A DNA stretch of 64,000 bases from Harriotta raleighana (taxonomy: Eukaryota): the NCBI GenBank assembly GCA_050575255.1, contig JBNZDD010013567.1:528842-592841 (forward strand), given 5' to 3'. The translations under genes and the position numbers were made by a program. The notes under the pieces are model-generated. The model saw only the letters and a list, made by a program, of their open reading frames with translations, did not search any database and was not told the origin of the DNA. This document shows positions 1-13,700 of this stretch, in pieces; the stretch's first letter is position 1, and the number at the start of each line of letters is the position of its first letter.

Positions 1-2963
1 TTTTTTGTTCCATCCCATTAGTTGGTGCTTCAACTGAGTTGCTGTTGAGAGACTTGTAACAGTGTTATTAATTTTTTTTATATAAATAGGTAAAGATTTA
101 TCTATTTATCAATTTATCTATTGTGATATGACTAAGAACAAAGAAAGTTTGGCGTGTCATCTGTTAATCACCCAAATTATCTAGAGGACGATATTTATTT
201 CAATTTTGATTCATTTCAAATTGCGTTTATCATTATTAATAATAATACTAACATTATTGCATTGTTATAGCACCTGATCAAGTGTTTACTGGTGAACAGC
301 AATTGCAGAATGTATGAAAACCATCAGTCTGTTGGAGGAAATAACATTGAATTTCTCTGTTTCTTGGTTTTTGAGTTGCTGTTCCTTTGTTTTTTTTGTA
401 TTTATTTATGTGATTTTTATCTTTTGCATTTACATTCCCTCTCTTGCTTTGGTTGCTTAGAACACTGGCTGACAATACGCTGCCAGTCCTCATTTTTCAT
501 GCCTGAGCCTCGACAGAGGAGCCTGTATCTTTGACTTTTCTTACATATCTCAATAAACTTTTTTTTTAACACACATTCTTCTTTTAGGTTAATTCTTCCA
601 GACCCATAAACATCCTCACATACACATTTTCCAATGGGGATCACTAGGCGGGTTTTGAACAGGCAACCAGGCATTTATACAACGCATGTTCATGTCATGT
701 CAGGATGCTGTCCCAAGGTGTCACCCCCAACATGAAAGACCCTGTATAAAAGCAATTTGTTATTGTTGTTGTTAGTAACTGATTGTATGTGTTTTGTATA
801 GGTTGGGCTTGGAAAAGCAGAGTTAATCTTATAGCCCTATGATGAAGTAGTGTTTGAAGAGTCCATTGCATGTTGGCACAGAGCCTTTGCAAATGCAGGA
901 GGAAGCATAAAAGCTTTTACAATTGTACACTTAGTGTAGATAATGTGTTGTAAATTTGACTTTGTAGGCTCCAAAAACCTGTGAGCTTAACCCAAGACAA
1001 TTCAAGGATAGATGGAAAGATGTGCTTGAATTCAGGTATCAAGCATGAGTTATTCCAGTTAATCCTGCATATTACTAGCTGCTATAACAGCTGGTGTTCT
1101 ACACAATTAAAAAAATCTACTGAGACCAGTTAACATTCAGCAAATGATTCAATTAGCTTACATTACTTTGGTGAGCTGCGCACTGTAGGGAAGGTCAGTA
1201 AGACTAAATAGAAAACATTGAAGCATTTGCTTCTGCAGAAGAACTATTTCATTGCTCTTAAAGGAGTATTACTGTTTTAAGAATGGTAGATATTGCTGAT
1301 GTGAATCCTTTAATACAGTACTTCAAGAATAATGTAAATTAATTGCTTAATATTAGGGTGATTAGGTGGTGTAGTGGCTGAGTACAGTACTATGTTTGTT
1401 TGTAATTTTTTTGTTCACCTGGATGTCCGTAACACATGCTAAAACCCAACACCGTGTTTACGAGTATCCAAACCAGACTGAGAGTCACACATTCCTAAAC
1501 ATGGTCACCAGAATCCCGAAGACACCAAACATGTAGACCGGAGTCATAGGTTTTAAATTGAACAGAGGCTATGAGTGTCCTTCGTGAAAAGAGTTGCTAT
1601 GCCTAATAGTTGTAAGATCAGCCACAAAAACATCTGACTTCCTCAGTAATCAGGGAATGAAAATGCGTTGTTTTAGGAAGGGATGGAGAATGGATGACTG
1701 TTCAGATTATTACAGAAGGAGGTTGTGGTCCAGGGATGAAGTTAGGCACATTGTTGAAGTGCAAAGGGAACTTTAACTGGATGTGACACATACTATTCCT
1801 CAATTGGAAGTGCTTAATGCTGACTCATCATCTTGAAGAGCACAAAAAATTTCGAAGTAAAATGTAGGTAAATTCATTTCAATTTTGAGCAGTTCTTTGA
1901 ATGAAAATATATTTTACATTTGATAGAATATCTCTTGATGAAAGTAACCTACATTTTTTTTTAGGAGTTTAGTTACTATACCTATGAAATAAATACTACA
2001 CTGATTGGAATGAAGGATGGGTAAAATGGATATTTCTTGCTCCTAAAGGATGCAATTTAAAAATATATATTTTGTTTTTAAATTAAATTAAATTGAATGT
2101 TGCATTTATTTGAAATATACAATTACTTTGCTCAGTTGCAGAAGATAGAGTCAGCCATTTAAAAGGCATTTTACAACAGAAAGCGAGTGTTTCATATAGG
2201 TTCTGAATTCATCAGGGAGCCATTCAAAATTTATGTTAATTCAGAAGGTAGCATGCTAGAGAGGTGTATGAAGGGATCTGCTGTGTTCAAAAATAATACA
2301 GTGGATTAGTTTTGGGTGGAAAAAATATATAATTTATGTTTTAGATTAAAGCCTTTACATTAACCTGAATTTAAGGTTTAATTTTTATATAGACAGCTAG
2401 GAAAGCAACAGAGTACAAAGATTATTTTTTTGCGTGCAAAAAAATCATAACTTCTGGAGCACGGGACAGTCCTCAAATGACTGTGGGGCTGTTGTAACTT
2501 TGTGCTACAGTGATAGATCACAAGGAGGTTTATGTTCTCAAGATCTGCCGTATGTTCTTTCAGAATTCATGTATTCATTGGTAATTTTTCAAGAAATGCG
2601 TAGATTGCATATTTGTCAATGGTTGAAATAACATCTAGTTGTTAGAGGCAGCCTTGTCCCTTCACTGGGACCCTCAACTTGCTTATGCCAGTGTGATTGT
2701 TAATTTCATCCAGTAGATTGATATGGAACTGTTACTTTCAAATCAGAATTCTTGTTCATATTTTCCATCAAAATAACTTTTGAGTGATGCAAACAACGCC
2801 ACGTTTTCCTTGTTACAAGAATCAAAATGTCATTTGTAAAGTTTAATGAATGATCTATCATACTGTTTGAAGTAGGCTTAAGAATGATTTATTTGGCATG
2901 CAATTATAATTACCTTTCAAGATGTAATTGAAAGTAAATGGGGTACGGGATCTGTAAAATATG

Positions 2964-3246
2964 AATAATAATAAAAATCCTTCCATTTGATATAGCGCTT
3001 TTCACGTCTTCTAGACATCTCAAAGCTCTTCACCGAATATACTGTAATGTGAATTGACTGTATATTTGTGGTCAAAATGTGGCCCAAAGCAATGTCCCAC
3101 AAACAGTCAAGGATTGAGTAACCAAACTATTATTGGTTTTTTTCTTGAGGGATTATTATCAGTCAAGGAAACTTATCTTGCTGGGAATCGGACCTAGATC
3201 TCTTCCTTGTGAGGCGAGTGCTCTAACCACTGAGTTACAGGACTCC
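2964..3246 (-). mobile_element. Full-length tRNA-derived SINE with Deu-like 3' part and L2-type tail
   Basis: Minus strand reads GGAGTCCTGTAACTCAGTGGTTAGAGCACTCGCC (A box), GGTCCGATTCCC (B-box-like), TGTTTGTGGGACATTGC, then GTGAAAAGCGCTATATCAAATG and a (TTA)n tail. Homologous to the copies at 34.8 and 59.3 kb. Confidence 0.85.
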
Positions 3247-4100
3247 TATTATTGTGCAAAAAGACACTTCGAGCACTTCGGAAAGGAGTTTGGGGAGTGA
3301 AACAGGGAAATCTATGCTGGTACTTCTGTTTCTCAAGTGTCTTTCACCCTATAAAAGCTTATTGCATATTCCTTTGTTCACTGAATTGATTCATTGGCAA
3401 ACATAAAATTATTCTTTAATTTAAAGTGTTCAAAGGTGTCACTGCATCGGCATGAATATTTGAATAAGTGCAGAGTTTATCAGGCTACAGATCTTGATAC
3501 TTCATAAATTTTCATGGGCCATTTAACTTGATAATTCACAAAAAAACATCTTTCACTTTGTGACAGTTCTGCATGGAATTTGATTTAACCGCACACTACA
3601 GTTTTCATAACAATGAATATCAATGTCTGTAAACTGAAAAGGTTTATGGTTGGATATACATGAATAAATATGAGACTACCTTTTATACTGCTCTGCAAGT
3701 TAATGGACAGTCATCCATATAATTTGTTACATTTTTCTCTGAGTCCATGAATCAAATAACAGCATCACAAAACCACAAAGTGCTTAAATTAATTTTGAAT
3801 TAGGTTACAAGTGGCACATGATTTCTTGTTTGCAGAAATTCTGGACAGCCCATAAAATATTAATAACTAAAATACTGCTGCACCAAATATTATTTTTTTA
3901 AATGTCTAAAGATGTCTGAGATACCTTTCTGATTCAGAAATCTGTTAGAACAATTGCTAAGATTTGACTTTTGATTATATTTTCATAAATTGGAACAGCC
4001 CAAACCTTTCACAGTGGAGCTCTGCACACTTGTTAAACCATGGCTGTCAAAGACACATTCTGTAAGAATCTGTAGATAAACATTTTAAGATAAATTGCAA

Positions 4101-4140
4101 ACTATTTGATTTTAGTTCACACTATTTGATTTTAGTTCAC
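4101..4140. repeat. Perfect 20-bp tandem duplication
   Basis: actatttgattttagttcac x2. Confidence 0.9.
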
Positions 4141-5514
4141 ATTCAGTGCGTTAAATAAAAAGTTATTTCCAAATGTACACTAAACTGAGCTACTCAAAGC
4201 CATGATTGTATGACCTATCGCTGAGCGTTTTTAACCTTCTAAGAACTACTAGTGAGCCCATCTATCTACTCTGACATCTGCAGTGCTCTGAAATCCTGTG
4301 GACCCACCTGGCTAGGGATCTGGACTACTAAGACTGCCACAGAGGGTTGACTCGATTCTGACATTCTGTTGCCAGCTCTACTCTAAGGAGACTCTTTTAT
4401 CTCCTTTATCCCCCCAATCCTCCTGGAAGATAGACATGTTTGCATCAAGCAGTGGGATACTCTGATCTGCCCCAGTAATATGAGAGGAACATTCAAATGC
4501 TGCAATTTCCCCCCTTTATATTAAGTACGGTTCGGGATTTCTCTGCCCGTTGTCTTTTGAAGTCAAGAGTCAAAGGCGAAAAATGGAATGTCAGAAATAA
4601 TAGCAACAGTCTCAGTGTTAAGGACATTTTTCATACTCCATATAACTGTTGAAAACTAAAGGGAAATATGGTATGCTACCTTTATTGGTGTTGTAAATGC
4701 CAGTCTGCTTGTTTTATTGCACCTTTGAGCTGGATTCCTTGAAGGAAGGAGCTGAAAGCAACGCAATATATCACTTCACTTTATCCCAAGCATTTATAGT
4801 TAGGAACCAACAATAATAGTTAGGAAATTGAAAATAACCGACCAACTCTCTAGGAAAATGGCTTTGCTTGGTAATAGAAAATAAGGAAAACACCAGCAAC
4901 AAACCTTTTCCAGTTTGTACCTCAGAAACATCTATGACTTCTATGAGTATTTTTATACTAAGAAAAGTGAGCTATATCAACATCTAACAAATAATTGCAT
5001 TTGATAATGAACCTTAAATCAAAGCGGGGTTCATTCTGTGAACATCAGGGTGTCCAGAAATAAATCTACTGCTTTTCTGGTTTTATTCAACAATGTGTAG
5101 TATGAGTACAGTACAATATAGTATTATAATTGCACACGTATCCAGCAGATGGAGCTACTGTTGAAGGTAAAGCATGTGAAATCAGATCACAAGACAAGAG
5201 TAAAGAGTGCTGAACTAAAACTGAACATTGAACTCAAGAGAAAATTATCTTGCAATAAGCTGGTTTAGGTTTATTCAGAATCCAATTTGAAGCGTACAAC
5301 AAATGCCAGTCTTTGTTTAGATGGTGTCGTGTCCTCTAAGTTGGGACTGCCACAGAGGTTACAGATCATCCTTTGATCCTATCAACATAGACTATGAATA
5401 CTTAGTGAAAGGAACCCAGCACCTTTTATCGGGCTACTTGAGTAAAGCAATGCAACTGCAACTTCGAAACAGTTTGCTAAAAGTAGTGAATGTTTTGTAG
5501 AATGGAATAAACAA

Positions 5515-5580
5515 CAAAAATAACAACAACAAAATTACATATGTAGAGCGTCTTTCATGTTGGGAGGATGTCTCAAGGGG
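5515..5580 (-). mobile_element. L2 LINE 3'-tail fragment
   Basis: (AAC)n-aaaattacatatgtagagcgtctttcatgttgggaggatgtctcaagg matches the tails at 28.25 and 42.9 kb. Confidence 0.6.
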
Positions 5581-7539
5581 CTGATGTTTGTTAACAATAG
5601 CCACATTATGCTGTATTAGAGTTGACTTGTCTGACTAACTCGTAGTATGAAAAAAATCTACTGGGAACATTAAAGTTTGTTTATATTCACCCGTCTGACT
5701 GTTTGTAAAGAACTGATGTGAAGCATGTTTAGAGTGAATTAACATCTGCCAAGTGTTTGCTATTTGTTTTATTTTTCCTTTGTATGGTATCGGATGGATG
5801 ATTCGATTCTTTGCTGTGTATTGTTTTAACTCAATGGACTATCAGTCATATTGCATCATCTCAATTATCAAATGACTGCTCGATCATATTGTTTCAACAA
5901 ATGTGCAGCTTGTCAAAAGTGTCAATTTTTTAACTTAGAAAATGACCTTTTTAAAAAAAAATAAACAATATTTCAATCCAAGAGATTGTAAACTAGCTAA
6001 CTTTAACAGGCTAACAAACAGCTTTGTTTTAATTCCACTCTGCATCACCACCCCCTCAGTAGGCCGGAAGCTTTAACACAAACAGGCATCCGCTGCAAAT
6101 GTTTAAACTGTACAGAAGTGACCAACAAAAGGAAGGGAGGGAGGACAATGAAGTAAGCAAGTCACAAGAGGGGAAAACAAATGTAGAACCAGGAGATGAG
6201 CACTTCAAAAACCTGAGCAATAAAATAAAAGTGAACAATTGAACTATTGGTATTGTAAGAAAATAATGAAACGCTTGTTAAAATTGGAATGTGTGGCATA
6301 TCTACACTGTCCTGCAGATGGCACCGTGTCTACTTCAATCCCCGCCAGCCCCCAACCCCTCCAGTCTGTATTGTTTTATATTGTGTCCATTTCTGGGAAG
6401 TGGCATAGTTTGTTCAAGATACCAGTGTTCAGTGACTCCCTTAAAATGACTGTGTGCTTCATAAATCTCACTCTTATCTCTCAGTCAGGTTCATCCGTCT
6501 TGGGGGAAAATCATCGTTCTTAGCCTCTACAGTTTACATTGAACCTTTGGTTGGCGAATGTGAATGCCCTGCAACACTTATTTTGCTTAAAGGGGCTTTG
6601 TCTGACACGTTTCCCACTCAAAAACATGTAGTAAAGATCCTTGTGCACCCAGGAAAGAAGTGAGTGGGAAACGTATAATTTTATCACAATGGTATATTCA
6701 ATAATTTGACAAAATGCTCCTTACATCAAATGGGAAAAAGTTTTTCAAATACTTTCCCCATGAAGACAGTCAGCCCTTTTAGCTAAGCAAAAAGATTTTC
6801 CACATTCCTATTAAAATGTGTTTGCTATCTTTTCTATCAGCATGTTTCACAATTGCAATATTTCCTGCTTAATTCACTGTGGTTCAGGCAGAGATTTCAA
6901 TAAGAATAAGTAGATTGTGCAATTAGATGAATCCCCAGTTAAACATCCCCCAGGAATCAGGTGCTGTACTGATCTCCAAATCCTTTTGAGCGAAAAGCAA
7001 ATCGGTATCACATTGATGAGCAATATTGGCTTGAAAAGATTAACTGCAGTCAAATTGACAAAGTTTTGTTATTCACTTGGACACCATTAAAACTTTCTTC
7101 TTTAAGTTAGATTAGTTTGAAGGGTGCTCTTCATCACAATACTGTACATCTCTATTCAATTACGTGAGGAAAATAACATAGGAAATGGAAATAATCATAA
7201 CTTTTGTTTTTTTGTAAACAATTGGATAATTAAGTTGACTAATCATGCTGGGTAATTAAGGGTCATGCAAGCAACAAGCAAATGGAAGGTAATGTGTGTA
7301 ATTTAAAAATCAAGATAAATTATTTTGGTGTTGGTGGAAATGACAATTACATCATTTGAGATTGTCGGTAGCTGAGAAATTGGACAGTACTGTTAAGCAG
7401 ATAAAAGATTAATAGGTGTAGATTAACCTCGAACCACTTATCAACATTACATGTATGCAATCAGAACATTAACGATGGGATGTGGTTGACTAACAGAAGC
7501 TAACCATGTTTAATTTCCTATTTCTATGTACCAAAATGA

Positions 7540-7561
7540 TTCCTTTCTTTTCTTCTTTCAG
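7540..7561 (+). other. ZNF469: Splice acceptor of the ZNF469 coding exon (exon starts at 7562)
   Basis: Polypyrimidine tract ttcctttcttttcttctttcag ends in AG at 7560-7561, 216 nt upstream of the ATG. Confidence 0.75.
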
Positions 7562-7565
7562 ATTT

Positions 7566-7743
7566 ATGTGGCAGTAATGATGGAAGAACTGCAGTCTCTC
7601 TCTAAAAGACATAGATCTTCTTTTGTGATGAGCTTGAAAGTGATTCCTTCTTACTTGGCTCACAGAATCTCATTATAGCTCTGCAAAAATGACTGACCAT
7701 GTCTGTAAGAAAAAGCCAGTGTAATTTAGTGCCAAGGTACTAA
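7566..7743 (+). promoter_or_regulatory. Four upstream ORFs in the ZNF469 5' UTR
   Basis: ATG..stop at 7566-7577 (MWQ*), 7577-7678 (33 aa), 7689-7724 (11 aa) and 7699-7743 (14 aa). Depends on the 7561 acceptor being used. Confidence 0.6.
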
Positions 7744-7777
7744 GGCAAGAGCAGGATCCTGTTTTTGGTTTGGTATC

Positions 7778-10700
7778 ATGACGGGAGATACACAGCATGT
7801 TTATGCGATTAAAGATTCTGACACTGATCCCAAACAGCAACAAAAAGAGGGCGTTTTTGAACATTTCAGTGAGAAAGATCCTGGAGAGCTAAGCAACAAT
7901 AACGACAGCGTGCCGGAGAGCAGTGAGACTGTGTTGGATAACAGTTCCTTGACTGATTCTCACCTTCAAAGCAAAAACAAGGAAACCTATAACCAGCGAG
8001 AGGCTGTCATTAGGCCACAACAGGCTGGAAGGATTGATTTTAAGTCTCTTCAGAACAGACCGAAGTATCCCTGTGACAGACCATGGACTTCATCCAGCAG
8101 TTCCACCAGTGGTAAGAGCAGCCCCCAGTCACCCACTGGGAAAAACCGAGGGAAAGACAAAAACAAAAGGTACGGGAAAGGGCCGCATCACCTTTACAAA
8201 CTCAGTATTGTCAACTCACGACCCAACCCCACTATCGGAATAGCGTACCCGCAACAGAAGGTCACGCCAACCAAGAAACTAGAAGGAACCAGAGAACCCG
8301 TGACAGGAAGTTATCGCTTTAATGTGCCGAGTATTCCTGAAAGAGAGGCCGAGCTCCAGCAAGAGGATCTCAGCTACAACAGACACTTTCAGGAGGTCGC
8401 CACAAACTTTACCTCAACAAGTTATACCTCACATGCCACAGCAGCCGCATGCCAACATCTGAAATCACCGTCGCAGACGAACGTTAATGTTTCCAGAGAT
8501 GACTCCAACTCCAACGGCCCATTACAATATCCGGAATTCCACGGCAATGGCGGTAGCTCGGCTATCTCGCCTTTTCCCATGGATTGGCATTCTCCGGAAA
8601 AGGCGTTTGCTGACACCAGCTACGGAATGCCCTCTCACAAACACAGCACTTTTCCCGGAGCAGCGGAAAGCAGTAAACCCAGTGCGCAAAGCTTCAGGCC
8701 AATTCCTTTCCAGTATCCACTCCCACAGCTGCACGAGGCAGCTCCCGATCCGTTCAACGGTGATCACAGCAATCCATGCCACTTCCGTCAAGACTATGTA
8801 GACGTGGCACTGGCTGGCAGTCAGGTAGCACACGGCAACTTTGTCTTCCAGCATTCAGGAGATGGACAGGAAGAAACTGTGACCAATGGCCGATATAATA
8901 GTTCGGCAGATGGGAGGAGCTTTCCACAGCCTTCTCAGCAAACCCAGTTTGTGCGTCCCTCCACTCAAGGTACTCAACATCAGCCAGGTTTATCCTGTTA
9001 TAAAGGAAGAGTGGATCATCCAAACGATACTAATGGTGCTGTATCTTCGTCTGGTGCAATATCGTCACCTGGTGCTATTCCTTCTCCCGGTACTATAGAG
9101 CAGAACCGTAGCACTTTCCAAGAAAACCAAACTGCTTATTCGGTAGACACGTTCAATTTGCACAGCAATAGCATTGGATTTGTATCTGTGAATAAAAGGT
9201 GCTCAACGTTGAAAGACAACCGAGGTACTCAAAGAGTTCTACCTCAGGGAAAAGCCCTGAGAAGGAACCTGACACACAGCTCTTCACCACAAATGCACTA
9301 TCAGGACAAACTCTACAGTGATTCCAATAGCAGTCTCCCTGATGGCTTAGTGCCTTTTGATAAAAACACTTCCAACAACACCACCCAAAGTTCTTCCAGG
9401 GTACCACAGCTATGGGATGGAGGCAACAGGATGTTTTCTTCAAAGGACCAAAATTCTGCACCTTATTCGCCATCGGTGGGAAATCAATTTTCATATCAGT
9501 GTCAGTCCGTTAGTAATGTATCGCACGCTGACGCCAGACAGCATGTGCCACGAAATGGTGCTTCCAGATTGCCATGGCAGCAAATCCACCTGACTTCTGC
9601 CATGCCGAATCAAAACAGGATAGAATTATCTCGCCAACTCAGTAGCCAGCAGCTTGCCTTTCCACTCGGCGCTTCGGAATGGCCAGAATGTAAGAAATCA
9701 CAGAAGTCAACATCTCTTTGCAATCCCAAGCCTTTCCACAACAAAAACCACGCACCAAACAAAGGATTTCAGAACTCGAGGAACGATGGGACCAGGCAAA
9801 CTTGCAACACGGCCACGGCTTTCCCATTTCAGAACGCGGCGGATAACGCCAGTCCTCCGTTGTGTGAACCGAGGAACGAGAATGCGTTTTGCGGCATGAA
9901 TGAGCCAGTTGCAGCAGCACCCTCCAGAGATGGTGGCCGCACATTATCATTGTCAAAGATGGGTTTAATGTCGGCTTCTCCTTACCAATCTCCACCGCCT
10001 TCACCAGCTCCCAATCCGGGATCGAGCAGCACCTGCTCTTCTCTTTCCCCAGTGTCGACTGTGCACAGCTCTAATAGTCCTCTTAATCCCAATTCAGAAG
10101 ATAACCAAGTCCCCATTGTGGTAACATCACCAAATTTCTACCATCTTCACAGCCTGGCCAAGGAAGGGAAAAGCTTCAATGGATCAGATCGTATGGGGGC
10201 TGGTCTTTTGCAGCAGCATCATCATGATGCTGCCAGGACATTCACATTTCCTTCGGCTGAAGCTATGAGGGGAACTAAAGAGAGCCAATTGTTATATATC
10301 CAAGAACACCCATACCCACAGCAGACTGCAGATAGCAATGGCTATCTACACAGTTTCAGTAGTGAGCCACCGCCTTACTCAGAAGAGCAGTTATTTGCAA
10401 ATTCCCTCAGCAGTGCAAATCTTGACCAACTCGATGTTCTTCTTACCTGCAAACAGTGTGACCAAAATTTCAGTAACGTGGCTTCATTTCTCAATCACCG
10501 TCAGTATTGCGGGTTGCATTCTGGATGTCACACAGAGCCACACGAGACATCTAGGATGGTAGAAAACAGAAGGTTTCAAGTAGAATCAACAAAAGCCACT
10601 CAGCCCACCGGATCCAGGAGTGGGTCTGATCTACATCAGTCATTGCTTTGTTTGAGCAAACCTTGCGATTTGTTATTAGACAGTGAAACTGCGGGTGATC

Positions 10701-13700
10701 CAAAAGATGACCCGTTTAAAATTAATATTTTTAGTGGAACAGGATCCAGTTCTATGTCACTCACAGCTTCTGATCTAGAGATTGATGATGCAAAGCTCGA
10801 CAGTTTAATCAATGAGACACTCAACGGTCTGGACTATCAGTCTGACAATGCTGAAATTGACAGCAGCTTTATAGAAGCTTTTGCAGACGACGAACTCTCC
10901 ACAACAAAGAATACTGGAAACGGGACAGCTTATAAAACCAAAGACTCTACACCTTTAGAAAACAAGTCCAAGCTTACAGAGACCGAAGCAAAGCAGGCCA
11001 CACAAAGAAAGATTCTACACGGCAAGGGAAATGATACTAAAAATGTACACAGAAAGGGGAGAAATAAGCACTCCAACAAGAAACACGAGGCAAAACACTC
11101 AGTGGCCGCTGTTTTGCCTGGGACTAATTCTAAAAAAGTGGATAAATTCAGTGTTAAAGGAGTTTCTTACGAGAATTCGTTTGATATCTTAAAATACAGT
11201 GAACCCAGTGCAAAAATTGGGAAGTTAAGAGGAGGCAGGAAGCTCAGTAGTGATGTAAAAATCAAACTCAGCAAGGTTTTATCTCAGTCAGTCCAAAGCA
11301 CAAAAAAGAACTCCGCAAGGGGCAAGCACAAAGGCTTCTCTGAGATCCAGGCTACTGTTTGTCCAGGGCTTCTCAGTCCATCTGCTATCAACGGCAGTTC
11401 CACTTTGCGTAGACCTGTTATAAAAGATATTAAGAAGCGAAAGTCTGGTAGTGGGACTTGGAGCAAGGAACTGATTCATAAGATTGTACAGCAGAAGAAC
11501 AAACTACACAAGCTACACGTGAAAGCCAACAAGAATTTGCAATTCTCTCTCATCACCGAGAGGCTGTTGCCAACTTCGCAGAACAGTAAGTGGGGAGAAT
11601 ACGACTATATTTCAGATTCAGACCAGGAAACGGAGCCCCCCAGTAGCAAGTGTCGAGCTCCGTATTTAAGTCGACTGTCCAAATACCGCTTCATAAAGGA
11701 CCACAAGAGCAAGCCTGGAAGAGTTAAGGAAGATGAATCCTGGAAATGCATCAAAATCAGAAAACCTCCAGAGCAAAATGTAGAATTACAGAGTCAAGAT
11801 GTAACCAAGGGTCACTACGGCAGCAGGTTCAGAAGGAGAAGTAGTCAATCTTCCACCAGCAGTGATCACAGCAATACTACCAGCAGCTCGAGTGAAAACA
11901 TCAGCAGCCCCAATAGCACTGAAAGAACAGATTCCGATAACGAGAGAGGAAAACGTACGACTGGAAGCAAATATTCCGCTGTTCTGCCCGTCGCTGATCA
12001 TGCCTTGCATTCAACATTAAATATTGCCAGTGCCTATTCAGGTGTTCCCATAGGAATTGCAAAAGAGAATTCTGTTAACCATTCAAAAAGTGCCAAAAAA
12101 TACAGTTCAGCAAAGTTTTTACTATCAGGAAGGAGGCACCATAGAGCCAATCATAACTTGATGCATACGGGTTATCTCAATGAGCCACAGACACCACCAA
12201 CAAATGAGGTAGAAGACAAATGTACGTCTGACTCTAACCCAAGTCAAATCCAATGTGTTCATGGAGAAAATACAGCATTGGAGACCAGAGTATTCTCTGA
12301 AAAGAATGGGTTGATAACAAGTGTGGCCATAGCAAGACCAGTGGACTCAAATACTAAATTAACATTTGATCGAAGGCCTGAGATTGGATTCTCTTCTTGT
12401 GACAACAGTCCCGTCGAATACCCTGCCACCAACATAAACCAGTGCAGCTCAACACAGCTCAATGATTTGACTACAGATGTAACAGATGATTTAACAGCCG
12501 TCAGCAAAAAGCTGAAGGAGAGTCTGGTTGGGACCACAGTTTTCTATGAGCCAAATGTTGGTTGTTTTCATGATAATTCATCTGGGTTTAATATTCATGG
12601 TCATGATGACTCTCCTGAGAACAACATAAGTAAAAATTACTGTGGGCGCAGAGAGTTGGAAAATCAACACCAGCCAGATATCTTCCCAGAATCGCTTCCC
12701 AGGGTCTCTTCACATCTGGAAGGTATTTTCTTCTGCCAAAATGAAAGTAACGTTAACGCTTTGGAAAAGAATCATGCCAAACAAAGTCTCGGTGTGCATT
12801 CAAGCGAAAAAGATCCTTCAGGTAAAATCAAGTCCCCAGTTTCTTTTAATACTGCAGGGTTATTTGGAGAAATCCCAATATCAAGCTTTAACAGCCAGCT
12901 CTACACAGACACACCGGTCAATAAAGAAAACTACTTCACTTTTAACTGTTGCACCGAGCCAGAAGATAACAGAGCGGCATATCATTTGCAGTATTCGTCA
13001 TTCTTGGAACATAAAGACTGGAGCTTGTTGCAAGATGTGAGCACAATTTTACCGGATGAGCTTTCGAATTTTGAAGACCTGTCCATGGAACGAGCAGAGG
13101 GCAAGAAATATGGCCATATCACAGCCACATCTCCAAATGAGACCTCACCACTTTTACCTGTCAAGATTGGCGAGCATGCTGGTTCCTTCCCGGCTCCTTT
13201 GTCCGAAGACGAACTGGAAATCAAAAGACTGGTGTCAGAATTGGAGAATCAGCTTCAGACATCCAGGATGGATAATGATGCCATTGTTGCCCAAGAAAGC
13301 AGTGAGCAATACATGAATGCAGACATGAGACATCAAACTAGTCCACTTACACCTCTGCACCTGGATGAGGGCAACAGCAATAGGACAGATATGTATATTC
13401 CAAATCACTTTGTCAGCGACAGAACTAATATGCATCGAAAAGAATCTTGCATGGACGAAGTCTCCATCCCGCCTAAAGCTGCAGATCAGAGTCCAGTTGG
13501 GAAGATGGAAGATGATGAATACATTTGGGGATGTTCTTTCCAGCTTGTGTCACTGGCTGATGAGCCAGGTTTCAATACACCAATCAAAGATTGTGACAGT
13601 CCACTGCCCCCTGAGGAAACAAGCTCTGAAGACAATGTAAAGATAAAAGCAAATGAACATCCACACAGTAGCCAAGAATTAAGCAATTTGTCTTCTGGGA

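Noticed and set aside
1594-1810. Purine-rich stretch, possibly an antisense L2 endonuclease remnant
   Set aside because: Only a single SLDH-like motif is visible, which is too weak to call.
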